Origin: Scyliorhinus canicula
Lineage: Eukaryota
Direction of reading: 5' to 3'
Length of the DNA stretch: 64,000 nucleotides
Assembly (NCBI RefSeq): GCF_902713615.1
Contig: NC_052154.1
Span: 192,982,948 to 193,046,947 of the forward strand
In this document: one piece after another, positions 26,752 through 39,318 of the stretch
How the letters are laid out: every line of letters begins with the position of its first letter
How positions within the stretch are numbered: the first letter of the stretch is position 1
The notes under the pieces: generated by a model
Told to the model about the DNA's origin: nothing
Seen by the model: the letters and a program-made list of their open reading frames with translations, nothing else
Databases searched by the model: none
Made by a program: the position numbers and the translations under genes

Positions 26752-28385
26752 GTACGGTGCTGTAGCTGTACGGTACAGTCGCTGTACGGTGCTGTAGGTG
26801 TACGTTGTGGTAGCTGTACAGTACAGTCGCTGTACGGTACGGTAGCTGTACGGTACAGTCGCTGTACGGTGATGTAGCTGTACGGTACGGTAGCTGTACG
26901 GTACAGTCGCTGTACGGTAGCTGTACGGTGCGGTAGCTGTACGGTGCGGTAGCTGTACGGTGCGGTAGCTGTACGGTGCGGTAGCTGTACGGTGCGGTAG
27001 CTGTACGGTGAGGCAGCTGTACGGTGAGGCAGCTGTACGGTGAGGCAGCTGTACGGTGAGGCAGCTGTACGGTGAGGCAGCTGTACGGTGAGGCAGCTGT
27101 ACGGTGAGGCAGCTGTACGGTACGGTAGCTGTACGGTACGGTAGCTGTATAGTACGGTAGCTCTACAGTGCGGTAGCTGCACGGTGAGGTAGCTGCACGG
27201 TGAGGTAGCTGCACGGTGAGGTAGCTGTACGGTACGGAGGTACCAGTACAGTAAGGTAGCTGTACGGTACGGCGCGGTAGCTGTACGGTACGGTAGCTGT
27301 ACGGGGCGGTAGCTGTACGGGGCGGTAGCTGTACGGTACGGCGCGGTAGCTGTACGGTACGGTAGCTGTACGGTACGGGGCGGTAGCTGTACGGGGCGGT
27401 AGCTGTACGGTACGGTAGCTGTACGGGGCGGTAGCTGTACGGGGCGGTAGCTGTACGGTACGGTAGCTGTACGGGGCGGTAGCTGTACGGGGCGGTAGCT
27501 GTACGGTACGGTAGCTGTACGGGGCGGTAGCTGTACGGGGCGGTAGCTGTACGGTACGGTAGTTGTACGGGGCGGTAGCTGTACAGGGCGGTAACTGTAC
27601 GGCGCGGCGCGGTAGCTGTATGGGGCAGTAGCTGTACGGGGCGGTAGCTGTACGGTACGGTAGCTGTACGGGGCGGTAGCTGTACGGGGCGGTAGCTGTA
27701 CGGTACGGTAGTTGTACGGGGCGGTAGTTGTACGGTACGGTAGCTGTACGGGGCGGTAGCTGTACGGGGCGGTAGCTGTACGGGGCGGTAGCTGTACGGG
27801 GCGGTAGCTGTACGGGGCGGTAGCTGTACGGTACGATAGCTGTGTGGTACGGTAGCTGTACAGTGCGGTAGCTGCACGGTGAGGTAGCTGCACGGTGAGG
27901 TAGCTGTACGGTACGGAGGTACCAGTACAGTAAGGTAGCTGTACGGTATGGCGCGGTAGCAGTACGGTACGGTAGCTGTACGGTACGGCGCGGTAGCTGT
28001 ACGGTACGGCGCGGTAGCTGTACGGTACGGTAGCTGTACGGGGCGGTAGCTGTACGGGGCGGTAGCTGTACGGGGCGGTAGCTGTACGGTATGGTAGCTA
28101 TACGGTACGGTGAGGTAGCTGTACGGTACGGTAGTTGTACAGTGCTGCAGCTGTACGGTACGGTGCGGTAGCTGTAGGGTACGGTAGTTGTACGGTGCGG
28201 CAGCTATACGGTTCGATAGCTGTAAGGTACGGTGCGATAGCTGTACGGTACGGTAGCTGTACGGGGCGGTAGCTGTACGGGGCGGTAGCTGTGCGGTATG
28301 GTACAGTGCGGTAGTTGTACGGTGTGGCAGCTGTACGGTTCGATAGCTGCAAGGTACGGTGCGGTAGTTGTACGGTGTGGCAGGC
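26752..28385. repeat. CpG-rich minisatellite, 16-bp unit GCTGTACGG(TGC/TGA/GGC/TAC)GG(T/C)A with 5-bp insertions
   Basis: About 100 tandem units arranged in blocks of variants. Confidence 0.97.
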
Positions 28386-29014
28386 ACTGGCTGGATTTGT
28401 CCAATAGATTTATGGTTGTTGTCTGTGAAATGGAGGGGGTCTCAATAGAGTTGTAGATTATGGGGAAGTAGATGCTTCTGGATTTCCAGTCTTTGACTCA
28501 TTTCCAGTCTTTGAGGAACTAAGTGCTGACTGTTAATGCGCCAAAGTATAAAATTGTTCTTTGTAGCGTTTCATCGTCCTCATTCTATTTTTACTAAATA
28601 CTTGTTGTTTATTGAAAAAGAGTTTTGAGTCCTGTATTTGCAGGTGTTTCTCTCCAATATTCAAAATAAAATGCACCACACAAAACCAGTGTTTCAGGTC
28701 AGACATACACCAGCGGGATTTTGTAACACCATGGCCAGAAGAGAAACTCTGTACAAGATGCACTGCAGCAACTAGCAAAACATCCTTCGACAACACCTTC
28801 CAAACCCACGACTTCTACAACCAAGGACAAGGGCAGCAGGCACAGAGGAACACCATCACCTGCAGGTTCCCTCCAAGCCACACACCACCGTGACTTAGAA
28901 TTATATTGCAGCTCCTTCAGTGTCACTGAGGCAGGAACCTGGATCTCGCTTCCTGACAGCACTGTGGGTGTAACTGTACAGAGCCACAGTTCAAGAAGTG
29001 ACTCACCACGACCT

Positions 29015-29323
29015 GGGCGGCACAGTAGCACAGTGGTTAGCACAATGGCTTCACAGCGCCATGGTCCCAGGTTCAATTCCCAGCTTCGGTCACTGTCTGT
29101 GCGGAGTCTGCTCCTTCTCCCCGTGTCTGCGTGGGTTTCCTCCGGGTGCTCCGGTTTCCGCCCACAAGTCCCGAAAGACGTGCTGTTAGGTGAATTGGAC
29201 ATTCTGAATTCTCCCTCTGTGTACCCAAACAGGCGCCGGGAGTGTGGCGACTAGGTGATTTTCACAGTGACTTCATTGCAGTGTTAATGTAAGCGTACTT
29301 GTGACAAAAATAAAGATTATTAT
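29015..29323 (+). mobile_element. Third SINE family with cttgtgacaataaagattatta tail; other copies 26350-26628(-), 35960-36090(-), 38929-39085(+), 43468-43638(-), 48918-49088(-), 58955-59232(-)
   Basis: tRNA-like heads with shared 3' block gtgtggcgactagg..ttttcacagtaacttcattg. Confidence 0.82.
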
Positions 29324-29888
29324 TCTCAAGGACACTTATGGATCGACAATAAATACTAGCATTGTCAGCGACCTTCACATCTAATAAACAAATGAATTTT
29401 TAAAAGCTCATCAGTCTAAAGTAAATTTAAAATGTGGCTTAGAAAGAGCCGCCAATCAAATGTGCAAAGACAATCCACAAAATGTCTATTTAAATTGAGT
29501 GACTTGGACAATCGTTCAAGTAATTTTCAGGAATGCTACAACTATACTCTGGGGTTACCATATTTCAAAACTAGGTGGGCCATTTTCAGAGTAAATCTGT
29601 TTTTTAGCTCCTTGTTGTGCAGGAGAAAGAATTGCTCCACCTTTGGCAAAATATGTGATGACCATAATAACTAGATAACATAAACAGTGGTTACCAGCTT
29701 CACAGTCAAAGCCTCCCCCTCTCTCCTTCAACAGTTAAATATGTAAAGGGTGAAAAACTATAACCAAACCTAACAATTTTAATATATGTAAAGGAGATTC
29801 CAACCAATCAGAAGCTACCTGTACATTAGAAATTGCAAAGCATTATCCCTCAGCTTCTACAATGTATTTGGCCAAATGCAAGAATATC

Positions 29889-30295
29889 GGGTGGGATTCT
29901 CCGGCCCCGCTCTGGGTCGTAGAATCGCCGGCGGGCCGCGCGAATTGCGCCACGCCGCCCCGAGGTCGGCACCCTATTCTCCACAGAGCAGAGAACCGGC
30001 GCCATTGGCGCCAGCGTGGTTGGCCAGCGATTCTCTGGCCCGGATGGGCCGAGCGGCCGTAAGAAAAGAGCTGAGTCCTGACGGCGCCATTGTAACCTGC
30101 TCTGGGCCAGCGGGACGTCGGCGTGTAAGGGGGGGGGGCCGACCCTGGAGGGGGCCTCTGATGTGGCCTGGCCTGTGATCGGGGCCCACCAATCGGCTTC
30201 GTGAACCGCTCCAGCGCCGTGCTGGCCCCCTGGAGGGGCCAGAATTAGTCGTGGGAGCGGCCTGTTCACACCGTTGTAATTGGAGAATCACGCCC
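29889..30295. mobile_element. GC-rich MITE-like element
   Basis: Terminal inverted repeats gggtgggattctcc / ggagaatcacgccc; abrupt GC/CpG-rich island in an AT-rich intron. Confidence 0.65.
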
Positions 30296-30530
30296 ACCAA
30301 ATTTCAAACGATCACAATACTTTGTGCTGCAGGAGAAACTGCTGCTGATTGAATTCAAATTCACACAAACAATTATAAGAACTGTAATTTTGACTCCAGG
30401 CTTGATATTGCCTAACAAGTACTAATGTGCAGAAAAAAAACGTCAGAAATGTTCCCAATTGCAGAAGGTGCCTTGATACGTTTGTATTGTTATCTGTTTC
30501 AAAATTTGAATAACAAAGTCAGCACCTTAC

Positions 30531-31112
30531 CTGAAGGTAACCGCTTGTGCTTCTGAAGAGATGACGAATCCACAAATGTTTGATGGCAGTTATCGCATTT
30601 ATAGGGTTTCTCTCCAGTATGAAGACGGAGGTGCACCTTCAGATGGGAGCTGCGGTAAAACGCTTTGCCGCAAAAACGGCAGGAGTAAGGTCGTATACCG
30701 GTATGAGTGCGACGGTGTTCTTTGAGGTTCCACTTTTCTGCAAATGCCCTTCCACATTCCTCACACGCAAAGGGCTTCTCCCCCGTGTGCGTGCGGTGGT
30801 GCATCGTTAAATGTTGTTTACGATAAAATCTCCTTTCACAATAGTCACAGTTAAAACGCTTCTCTTTATTACAGGTCAGAGAGCTGAGATTCATTGTCCT
30901 TTTCTTCTTACCGTCGAGTCGGCCTTGTGCTTTATAGCTCCCAAACTTCAACGGGTACTCAAAGGTATCCGGTTTATCTTGGGATAGATTACTATCCAAA
31001 CGCTCCAAATCATTCATCAAAACATCCCCAGATACAGTCCCGCCTTCATTCTCAAGCCAAGGCTTTGGAAGATCACACCCGCCATTTCCCAGAGGAATTC
31101 CATTGATTAAAA
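30531..31112 (-). CDS. Zinc-finger exon B (582 nt, phase 1-1), paralog of exon A
   Basis: Same 4-finger block as exon A. Long polypyrimidine acceptor ...ccattacccag, donor TCAG|gtaagg. 15 nt shorter than A in the spacer. Confidence 0.9.
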
Positions 31113-31478
31113 CTGGGTAATGGAGAAAAAGGAAAAAAGATTAACAACCCCCACCAAACGCCACACACAGGACTGGAGAATGTGCTACTTAGAGTGGATG
31201 ACAGAGAAGATTTCAAATAGTTTGTTTCATCAGTGATTTGACATTAATGCCAAGCCTGGTGCAGCTTTCGAAGAGCGTAAAGTCTGCATTCTTTTCATTC
31301 TCTAAAGCAAAAATGGCATCCCTTCTCCTTTTACATCTTCCACTTCCCAAATCATTTCCCAATTGGGCCTCTATCTACCCCTCTGTAGGCCAACAGGACG
31401 TACATGTGAATGCAGCTCTCACTTCTCACCAGGCAGGTTATGTCTGACACGAGAACTGAACAGCGTTGAGGAAGCGTT

Positions 31479-31832
31479 GGGGCAGCACGGTAGCATTGTG
31501 GATAGCACAATCGCTTCACAGCTCCAGGGTCCCGGGTTCGATTCCCGGCTTGGGTCACTGTCTGTGCGGAGTCTGCACATCCTCCCCGTGTGTGCGTGGG
31601 TTTCCTCCGGGTACTCCGGTTTCCTCCCACAGTCCAAAGATGTGCAGGTTAGGTAGATTGGCCACGCTAAATTGCCCTTAGTGTCCAAAATTGCCCTTAG
31701 CGTTGGGCGGGGTTACTGGGTTATGGGGATAGGGTGGAGGTGTTGACCTTGGGTAGGGTGCTCTTTCCAAGAGCCGGTGCAGACTCGATGGGCCGAATGG
31801 CCTCCTTCTGCACTGTAAATTCTATGTCTATG
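31479..31832 (+). mobile_element. HE1-type V-SINE; other copies ~14605-14927(+), 17931-18263(+), 21265-21595(-), 33145-33490(-), 56560-56894(-)
   Basis: tRNA head, V-domain gggtttcctccgggtgctccggtttcctcccacagtccaaagatgtgcagg, and CR1-derived tail gggccgaatggcctccttctgcactgtaaattctatg. Confidence 0.9.
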
Positions 31833-32721
31833 AATAGTTTGGTAGAATTCTACTTCCTACCCTCTGTGGTTACAGAGTGCACAATCCTTTCAAACCGCAG
31901 AAATGACAAGTATTAATGTCCAGATGATCCACCTTCACCCACTGTTTGTGGGTGAACCACACTTCCCAAATTCATAGCCATAACTGGGAATTTAACATGC
32001 AGGGAAACGCCACATTATTTTAGTATAAATCTCTAACGTGGTGATCCTCAGTTCCAAATCTCTATTTCTTTTAATATTTATTGGTCTCATCTTCTTTCCA
32101 TTTTGAATTTATAGCTCTATTGCGTGCAGTTTGTTTTCCCACTGCCCCCACCATAACTAACCCCCCCCACCCACCCACACACACACCAAGCTTTCCTAAC
32201 TTTCTTTCTCTGCCCAGCATCCAGGATAGCCTACGCGCATTTAATGATTCTTCATTCATCTCCCCATCGCTCCACATTCTTTCCCTCGCTCTTTTAACTT
32301 TTAAAGAAAACATTTTAAAACTGTTTTTCTCTCGGCAGAGATTCTTTGGTCCCTGCCCAGCAGTGGAAACCAGATTAAGAAAACAGGCCCGATGATTGTG
32401 GCTGAGAGTAAAACACGGACTCCAAAGGGCTGGTTCGCTCGCAAATCCATTGTCAGAAATGTAAAGAATCACCCGCTTTCATCAGGCCAACTTCTTCCAT
32501 AATTTGAAAGCGCTAACCGACCAAGTAATATGATTTAAGTTAAGTTCTGAAATTTACAAAAGAGGGACAATGTTTGGAACTAGCACACCGCCGAATTTTA
32601 ACTTTAACGGCCAGCTCCTCAAGTGTTTGCAGCTCCATAAAGCAACAACATAAAGAAATTGCAGAGGTTTTATTTTCTTGAAAGTTTTCTCAGTTGTAAT
32701 TCACCTCATTCAGGAGTAATG

Positions 32722-33035
32722 GGAGGCGGTGGTGTGGTGGTAATGTCACTGGACTAGTATTCCAGAGACCCAGGGTACTGCTCTGGGGACCCGGGTTTGA
32801 ATCCCACCAGGGGAGATGGTGAAAATTTGAACTCAATCATAAAAATCATGAATTGGAAGTCATTCTTGCTTCTCATAAAAACCCATCTGGTTCACTAATG
32901 TCGGTTGGGGAAGGAAATTTATCATTCCTACCTGATCTGGTCTACATGTGACTCCAGACCCACAGCAATGTGGTTCACTATTAAAATGCCCTCTGAAATG
33001 TTTTACCCAACCAGCGATGCCCACACCCCATGTAA
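32722..33035 (+). mobile_element. tRNA-headed SINE, fourth family; fragments also ~18570-18655 and ~20600-20820
   Basis: A/B boxes plus shared block aaaacccatctggttcactaatgtc...tgtgactccagacccacagcaatgtggt. Confidence 0.65.
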
Positions 33036-34429
33036 GAAGTTTCATAAATTGACGCCACAGTCGGGTATAATGTACACCATCAATGAACCAATTGGCATAT
33101 TCAACATTCCCCTGTCTCACCACTTTCATTGAATCATAGTCTCATTGAATCATAGAATTTACAGTGCAGAAGGAGGCCATTCGGCCCATCGAGTCTGCAC
33201 CGGCCCTTGGAAAGAACACACTACCTAAGCCCACAACTCCACCCTATCCCTGTAACCCAGTAACCCCACCTAACCTTTTCTGGATACCTAAAGGCAATTT
33301 AGCTTGGCCAATCCACCCAACCTGCACATCGCCGGACCGTGGGATGAAACCGGAGCATCCGGAGGAAACCCACGCAGACACGGTGAGAACGTGCAGACTC
33401 CGCGCAGACAGCGACACAAGGCGGGAATCAAACCTAGGACCCCAGAGCTGTGAAGCAACCGTGCCAACCACTGTGCTGCCATGCCGCCCCTGACCCACAC
33501 ACACTCTTTTTAAGAGTGGCAGAAGCCAGATTCTGCTAAGAGAATCTAGAGAAACAGTGACCAATCTAATCATTAAAAGGGCAATCTGGAAAAACTGTAC
33601 TCCAGAATGATGCCTGTGATCAGCATTATATATCCAGTCTGTTGCATGCTTTGACCAAAATTCCTCAGCTTGTGCAGTTATTTTACACCAGATTACAGAT
33701 TAGCAATGACTACACGAAATACAGCTATATTTTCAGAGCTTCTTAAAAGGGAAATACACACAACAGAATCTTTGGTTTTCATCCCAACCGTACTAACAAA
33801 TACCAAAAATACTAACAAAGGCCTGGGTGCACTGCCAAGCATTTGATGGTTCTGAATAAAGCGAGACAATCATTTTTACTTCATTTCTGTTCCAAAATGG
33901 CCTTGATATAGATGGAAAACCACACTCTCCATCCACTTTCTCCAAAGCGGACAATATAAAAGGTTTGAAAATAAACTGCACAGGCACGACAAGGAAAAAG
34001 ACGTAGTTTAAAATGGTTGCGTTGGCTTGTTGGGAAAATCCTTCAGGCAGCCAAGTGAAAACTACACTATAGCCAGTAGATGGCATCTGTGTGCTAAATG
34101 CACTGAAATATTTTAGAATGCCACAATTATTTGAAATACACGCTCGTGGCACGATGCTTATCATAACTGGTCCTATAATTGGCGCATGCAACCAGTACGC
34201 GGGAGCTATCGAAAATGCTATAGAAAAGGGAGGTTTGGAAAATCACTTCCAACTGAAATTAACTCAGGAATGTAGTGATGGCTGGGCAGGTGATGTGCTG
34301 TAGCTGCGTGACGTGGGAGCTGGTAAACTCCATTCCAAGCTGCAGTAACCACAGCGAAGGAACAAAAAAGGATCTAAAACTGTAATGAGTGTTGTGTTTC
34401 ACCCCCTGGTAGCAGTTCTGAGGTGTTAG

Positions 34430-35945
34430 TTTGTAGAGATGCAGAAATTAGACAAGTGTGTAACAAAGGCAGAGTAGTATTAATGGGGGATTTTAACCTA
34501 CACATAGATTGGGAGAGGCTGAAAAGCACCTGTCTGAATTTCTGGAATGTGTGTGGGATAGTTTCCTGCAGCAACATGTTCCAGATACAACAAAGGGACA
34601 GGCAATGTTAGATTTAGTAGTGAGTAATGAGCCCAATTTAATTAGTAGCCTAACTGTGCGCGAGCATTTAGCAAATAGCGATCACAACATGATTGAATTC
34701 AGCATGGCTTCGTCAAGGAGAGGTCAAGTCTGACAAATCTATTAGAGTTCTTTGAGGAGGTACCAAGGAAGTTAGACAAAGGAGAACCAGTGGACATGAT
34801 TTATTTAGATTTCCAGAAGGCCTTTGACAAGGTGGCGGATAGGAGACTGTTAAATAAGTTAAAAGCCCATGGTTTTAAGGGTAAGATCCTGGCATGGATA
34901 AAAGATTGGCTGACTGGCAGAAGGCATAGAGTGGGGATAAAGGGATCTTTTTCAGGATGACAGCCGGTGACTAGTGGTGTGCCTCAAGGGTCTGTGCTGG
35001 GACCACAACTTTTTACAATATACATTAATGATCTGGAAGAAGGAACTAAAGGCACTGTTGTTAAGTTTACAGATGACACAAAGTTCTATAGAGGGACAGG
35101 CAGTATTAAGGAAGCAAGGGGGCTGCAGAAGGACTTGGAGAGTGGGCAAAGTGTCTGATGGAATACAATGTGGAAAAGTGTGAGGTTATGCAGTTTGGAA
35201 GGAGAAATGGAGACATAGACTATTTTCTAAATGGGGAAATGCTAAGGAAATCAGAAGCACAAAGGGACTTGGGAGTCCTTGTTCACGATTCTCTTAAGGT
35301 TAACGTGCAGGTTCAGTTGGCAGTTAGGAAGGCAAATGTAATGTCGAGAGGGATAGAATACAAGACCAGGGATGTACTTCTGAGGCTGTATAAGGCTCTG
35401 GTCAGGCCCCATTTGGATTATTGCGAGCAGTTTTGGGCCCTGTATCTAAGGAAGGATGTGCTGGCCTTGGAAAGGGTCCAGAGGAGGTTCACAAGAATAA
35501 TTCCTGGAATGAAGAGCTTGTTGTATGAGGAATGGTTGAAAACTCTGGGTGTGTGCTTGTTGGCGTTTAGAAGGATGAAGGGGATCTTATTGAAACTTAC
35601 CGGATACTGCTAGGCCTGGATAGAGTGGACGTGGAGAGGATGTTTCCACTTGTAGGAAAAAGTAGAAGCAGAGGACACAATCTCAGACTAAAGGGACGAT
35701 CTTTTAAAACAGAGATGAGAGGAATTTCTTCAGCCAGAGGGTGGTGAATCTGTGGAACTCTTTGCTGTAGAAGGCTGTGGAAGCCAAATCACTGAGTATC
35801 TTTCAGACAGAGATAGATCTTGATTAATAAGGGGTTCAGGGGTTATGGGGAGAAGGCAGAAGAATGGGGATGAGAAAAATATAATGATTGAATAGTGAAG
35901 CAGACTTGATAGGCCGAGTGGCCTAATTCTGCTGCTATGCCTTAT
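34430..35945 (+). mobile_element. Degraded CR1/HER1 ORF2 with internal deletions
   Basis: [20 protein letters not shown] and LVRPHLDYC motifs with frameshifts; CR1 3' UTR. Confidence 0.88.
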
Positions 35946-36091
35946 GGAATTCAGTGTACATGCTTACATTAACACTGCACACTCCGGCGCCTGTTCGGGT
36001 ACACAGAGGGAGAATTCAGAATGTCCAATTCACCTAACAAGCACGTCTTTTGGGATTTGTGGGAGGAAACCGGAGCGCCCGGAGGAAAGCC

Positions 36092-36425
36092 TGGAAAGAG
36101 GTTGGGTGCAGTGGATGTTCAAAGAGACTTGGGGATTCAGGTGCATAGGTCCTTAAAATGCCAGGAACAAGTGCAGAAAATAATCAAAAAGGCTAATGGA
36201 ATGCAAGCTTTTATATCTATAGGATTGGAGTACAAAGACACAGGGGTTATGCTGCAGCAGTACAAAATCCAGGTTAGACCCCACTTGGAGTCACTGGGAA
36301 CATTTCTGGGCACCACACCTTAGGAAGGATATTTTGGCCTTGGAGGGAATGCAACGTAGGTTTACAAAAATGATACCTGGACAACAGGGGTTAGGTTACG
36401 AGGAAAGATTACACAAATTAGGCCA
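36092..36425 (+). mobile_element. CR1 RT C-terminal fragment
   Basis: QRDLGIQVHRSLK...VRPHLE. Confidence 0.8.
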
Positions 36426-36544
36426 TAAAAGAACAATAAACTCATATTTCCGTCGATGAAACCATTCCTTGAAATCTTTAACATAAACATGGAACAAAGC
36501 ATTGCTCAGCAGTAAAATTATTCAGTTCACCTCAAGATGATTAC

Positions 36545-36673
36545 CTTTATTTCCTGATGGGTTTAGCTGCCTTTCACCAATGTTAGCTCCATCGCAATTG
36601 CCCGACTCTCGTTTGTCTGTTGGTTTCACCTCCTCTGAATGTATTAACGTCGCGCTCTCAGGTTTACAGCAGG
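36545..36673 (-). CDS. PRDM-like linker exon 2 (129 nt, phase 1-1)
   Basis: Acceptor gtatttttcatag, donor AAAG|gtaatc. Open frame CCKPESATLIHSEEVKPTDKRESGNCDGANIGERQLNPSGNK. Confidence 0.65.
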
Positions 36674-37084
36674 CTATGAAAAATACACAAACTGAATTAA
36701 GGGTACACCACATTCACAGCCACATGCCAAGCATCAAAACTGACCAGTTCGACTTCCACCTCTTAGGAGAAAACATTTCAACTTGGATAGCTTAAGCTGA
36801 CATGAGGACGCAAATTTCCGAACAAGTTTTACCTGAATTGGTTTCAGAAGATTAATATGTAATCTACCATTTATACAATGCCATGATGCGAGGATTTAAA
36901 AGATTGACTGCCTCGTTAATTCTAGATGAAAGAGGAGTGAAGGGGATCATGTGATTCTGTTATGAATTCTTCCCAAGCTCTCAAATAGGCTGCAACTAGC
37001 GTGGTCAGCAGAGAGGAGTGTGATGCCTTTCTGTGGACTACCAGGCAGAATGCGGAAGGGACCATTGGCAATCTGGAGACTTTT

Positions 37085-37980
37085 AAAAATTCATTTAGAG
37101 ATGTGGGCGTCGCTGGTTAGACCAGCATTTATTGCCCATCCCAAGTTGCCCTTCAGAAGGTGGTGGTGAGCTGCCTTCTTGAGCCGCTGCAGTCCTTGAG
37201 TGTAGGTACACCCACTGTGCTATTAGGGAGGGAGTACCAGGATATTGCCTCAGCAACAGTGAAGGAACGGTGATATATATCCAAGTCAGGGGTCCTCCAG
37301 GTGGTGGGGTTCCCAGGTATCTGCTGCTCTTGTCCTTCTGGATAGTAGTGGTCGTGGGTTTGGAAGGTACTATCTAAGGAACCTTGGTGAGTTACTGCAG
37401 TGCATCTTGTAGATGGTACACACGGCTGCCAATGTTCGTCGGTGATGGAGGGTTCTAATGTCTGTGGAAGGGGGAGCAATCAAGCGGAGCTGCTTTGTCC
37501 TGGACGGGGTTGAGTTTCTTGAGTGTTGTTGGAGCTGCACTCATCCAGTCAAGTGGAGAGCGTTCCATCACACTCCTGACCTGTGCCTTGTAGATGGTGG
37601 ACAGACATTGGGGGATCAGGAGGTGAGTTACCCACCGTAGGATTCCGAGCCTTTGACCTCCCCTGGTAGCCACAGTATTAACATGGCTAATCAAGTTCAG
37701 TTTCTGATCGATGGTAACCCCCAGGATGTTGATTGTGGGGTATTCAGCAATGGTAATGACATTGGATGTCAAGGGGCAGTGGGTAGGTTGTCTATTGTAG
37801 GACATGGTCATTGCCTGGCACTTTTGTGGCATGAATGTAACTTGCCACTTGTCAGCCCAAGCCTAGATATTGTGCAGGGCATGCTGCATTTGGACATGGA
37901 CTGCTTCATTATCTGAGAAGTCACGAGTGGAGTCATCGGCAAACATAATGTTGGAAGAGAGATCATTGATGAAGCAGCTC
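37085..37980 (-). mobile_element. L2/CR1-superfamily LINE 3' portion
   Basis: FADDS, PQKCQAM, ILGVTIDQKL, TIYKAQVRSVME. Related 3' UTR pieces at ~15510-15830, ~28740-29010, ~41075-41210 and ~63385-63480. Confidence 0.8.
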
Positions 37981-37984
37981 TGCG

Positions 37985-38043
37985 TGAGAGAGAGTGAGAG
38001 AGACAGTGAGACAGAGAGACACAGAGAGAGAGAGAGAGAGAGA
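37985..38043. repeat. (GA)n microsatellite
   Basis: Imperfect GA repeat. Confidence 0.9.
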
Positions 38044-39318
38044 AAATATATGACATTCTCGATTGACTTGAGAATCCAGCTTCCTGCTGCGGGATTGGCA
38101 CCGAGCAACAGACCCGTCCCCATTCTCCGTTCCCGCACCGTTAGCCATAGCAGGCTTCCTGATCCCATGCTGACAGGAACACGGAAACATCTGATTTGCA
38201 TGGATCAGAAAACAATTAACATCCCCCCCGATCCTCCAACCCCCACAGTGGGACACTGGTGTGAGTATTGCAGTCCTGGCGTGATAGACCCTGAGGACAG
38301 GGGTCAATCCTCTGCTCATGTGCCCCTCTGTTGCTGCCAGACTGTGGAGAGAGAGCTCATCAAGGGTCCTGGGGGTTGGATGGGCTGGAGCCTGGTCTGA
38401 CTTGTTTAAATTCTGCAGCCTGACAGCTGATGAGCAGACCAGACAGATCATTGAAAAATCAAGCCAAGAACACTTGCCCTTTTCTCACATTTGTTCCCTC
38501 AGCCCTATGCTTTTAAAACTGCTGCATTTTGAAGTGTCAGAGTCTCACTAGAAAGCCCACAACACTTCGTAGGGCTTGAATTCCCTAAAATCCTTTGACA
38601 GGCGAAGCGTTCAATGAATTTCACAGTGCAGTAGCTTTAACTTGTCTTTTACTGGCAGCTTAATGGTTTAAACACAGCTGCCAGGTTTATTTATCTTTCC
38701 CTTCATACTTGAATGCATCTGAAGTACTCCATTGATCCTAAAAGCAATGTTTATAAACATTCTTGTTATGATTGACAGCTGTTGAACACTTTGAAGCAGC
38801 TAAGTGGTTTCACTTGCTACTTTCTAGCCACAGAACGAACTTAGCTTTATGGGTCACACTCACGCGTGTGTAGTGTATTGAGGGCTACACAATTTTCCTG
38901 TGGAGGGGGATTCCGTGTTGAGGGATTGGAGGCTGGTGTAGCTCAGTGGGCTAGACAGCTGGTAAGTGATGCAGAACAAGGCCAGCAGCACGGGTTCAAT
39001 TCCCATACCAGCTGACCCGAACAGGCACCAGAATGTGGCGACCAGGGGCTTTTCACAGTAACTTCATACTTGCGACAATAAAAAAACGGTTACAGGATAG
39101 GTTAAGGGATCAGCGGGGGGGGTAACCAGCTCAGTTTCACAGGACATGCCTTTGCATAAACAACTGATGATTAAAAATTGTAATGTTGACTCCAGGCTTT
39201 GTATTACCTGTCAACTATAAAGGTGCGAAACAAACTTGCACCGAAATGCCGACGGTGCCAATACATATTTACACTACATTTCCACATTTGGAGCACTGTT
39301 CCCAAACCAGCACCTTAC

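Noticed and set aside
26752-28385. CRISPR-like array
   Set aside because: No unique spacers, no cas genes, vertebrate DNA.
26741-28404. 548-aa and 382-aa ORFs (TATAPYSYRTVQLP repeats)
   Set aside because: By-product of a 16-bp minisatellite whose minus strand rarely contains stops; open in several frames, with no convincing splice sites.
32339-32502. Plus-strand exon-like segment after tttttctctcggcag
   Set aside because: No recognisable domain, no good donor and no partner exons.
33793-34303. Non-repetitive ORFs of 132 and 70 aa
   Set aside because: No motif, no splice support and non-ATG or weak starts; likely chance.
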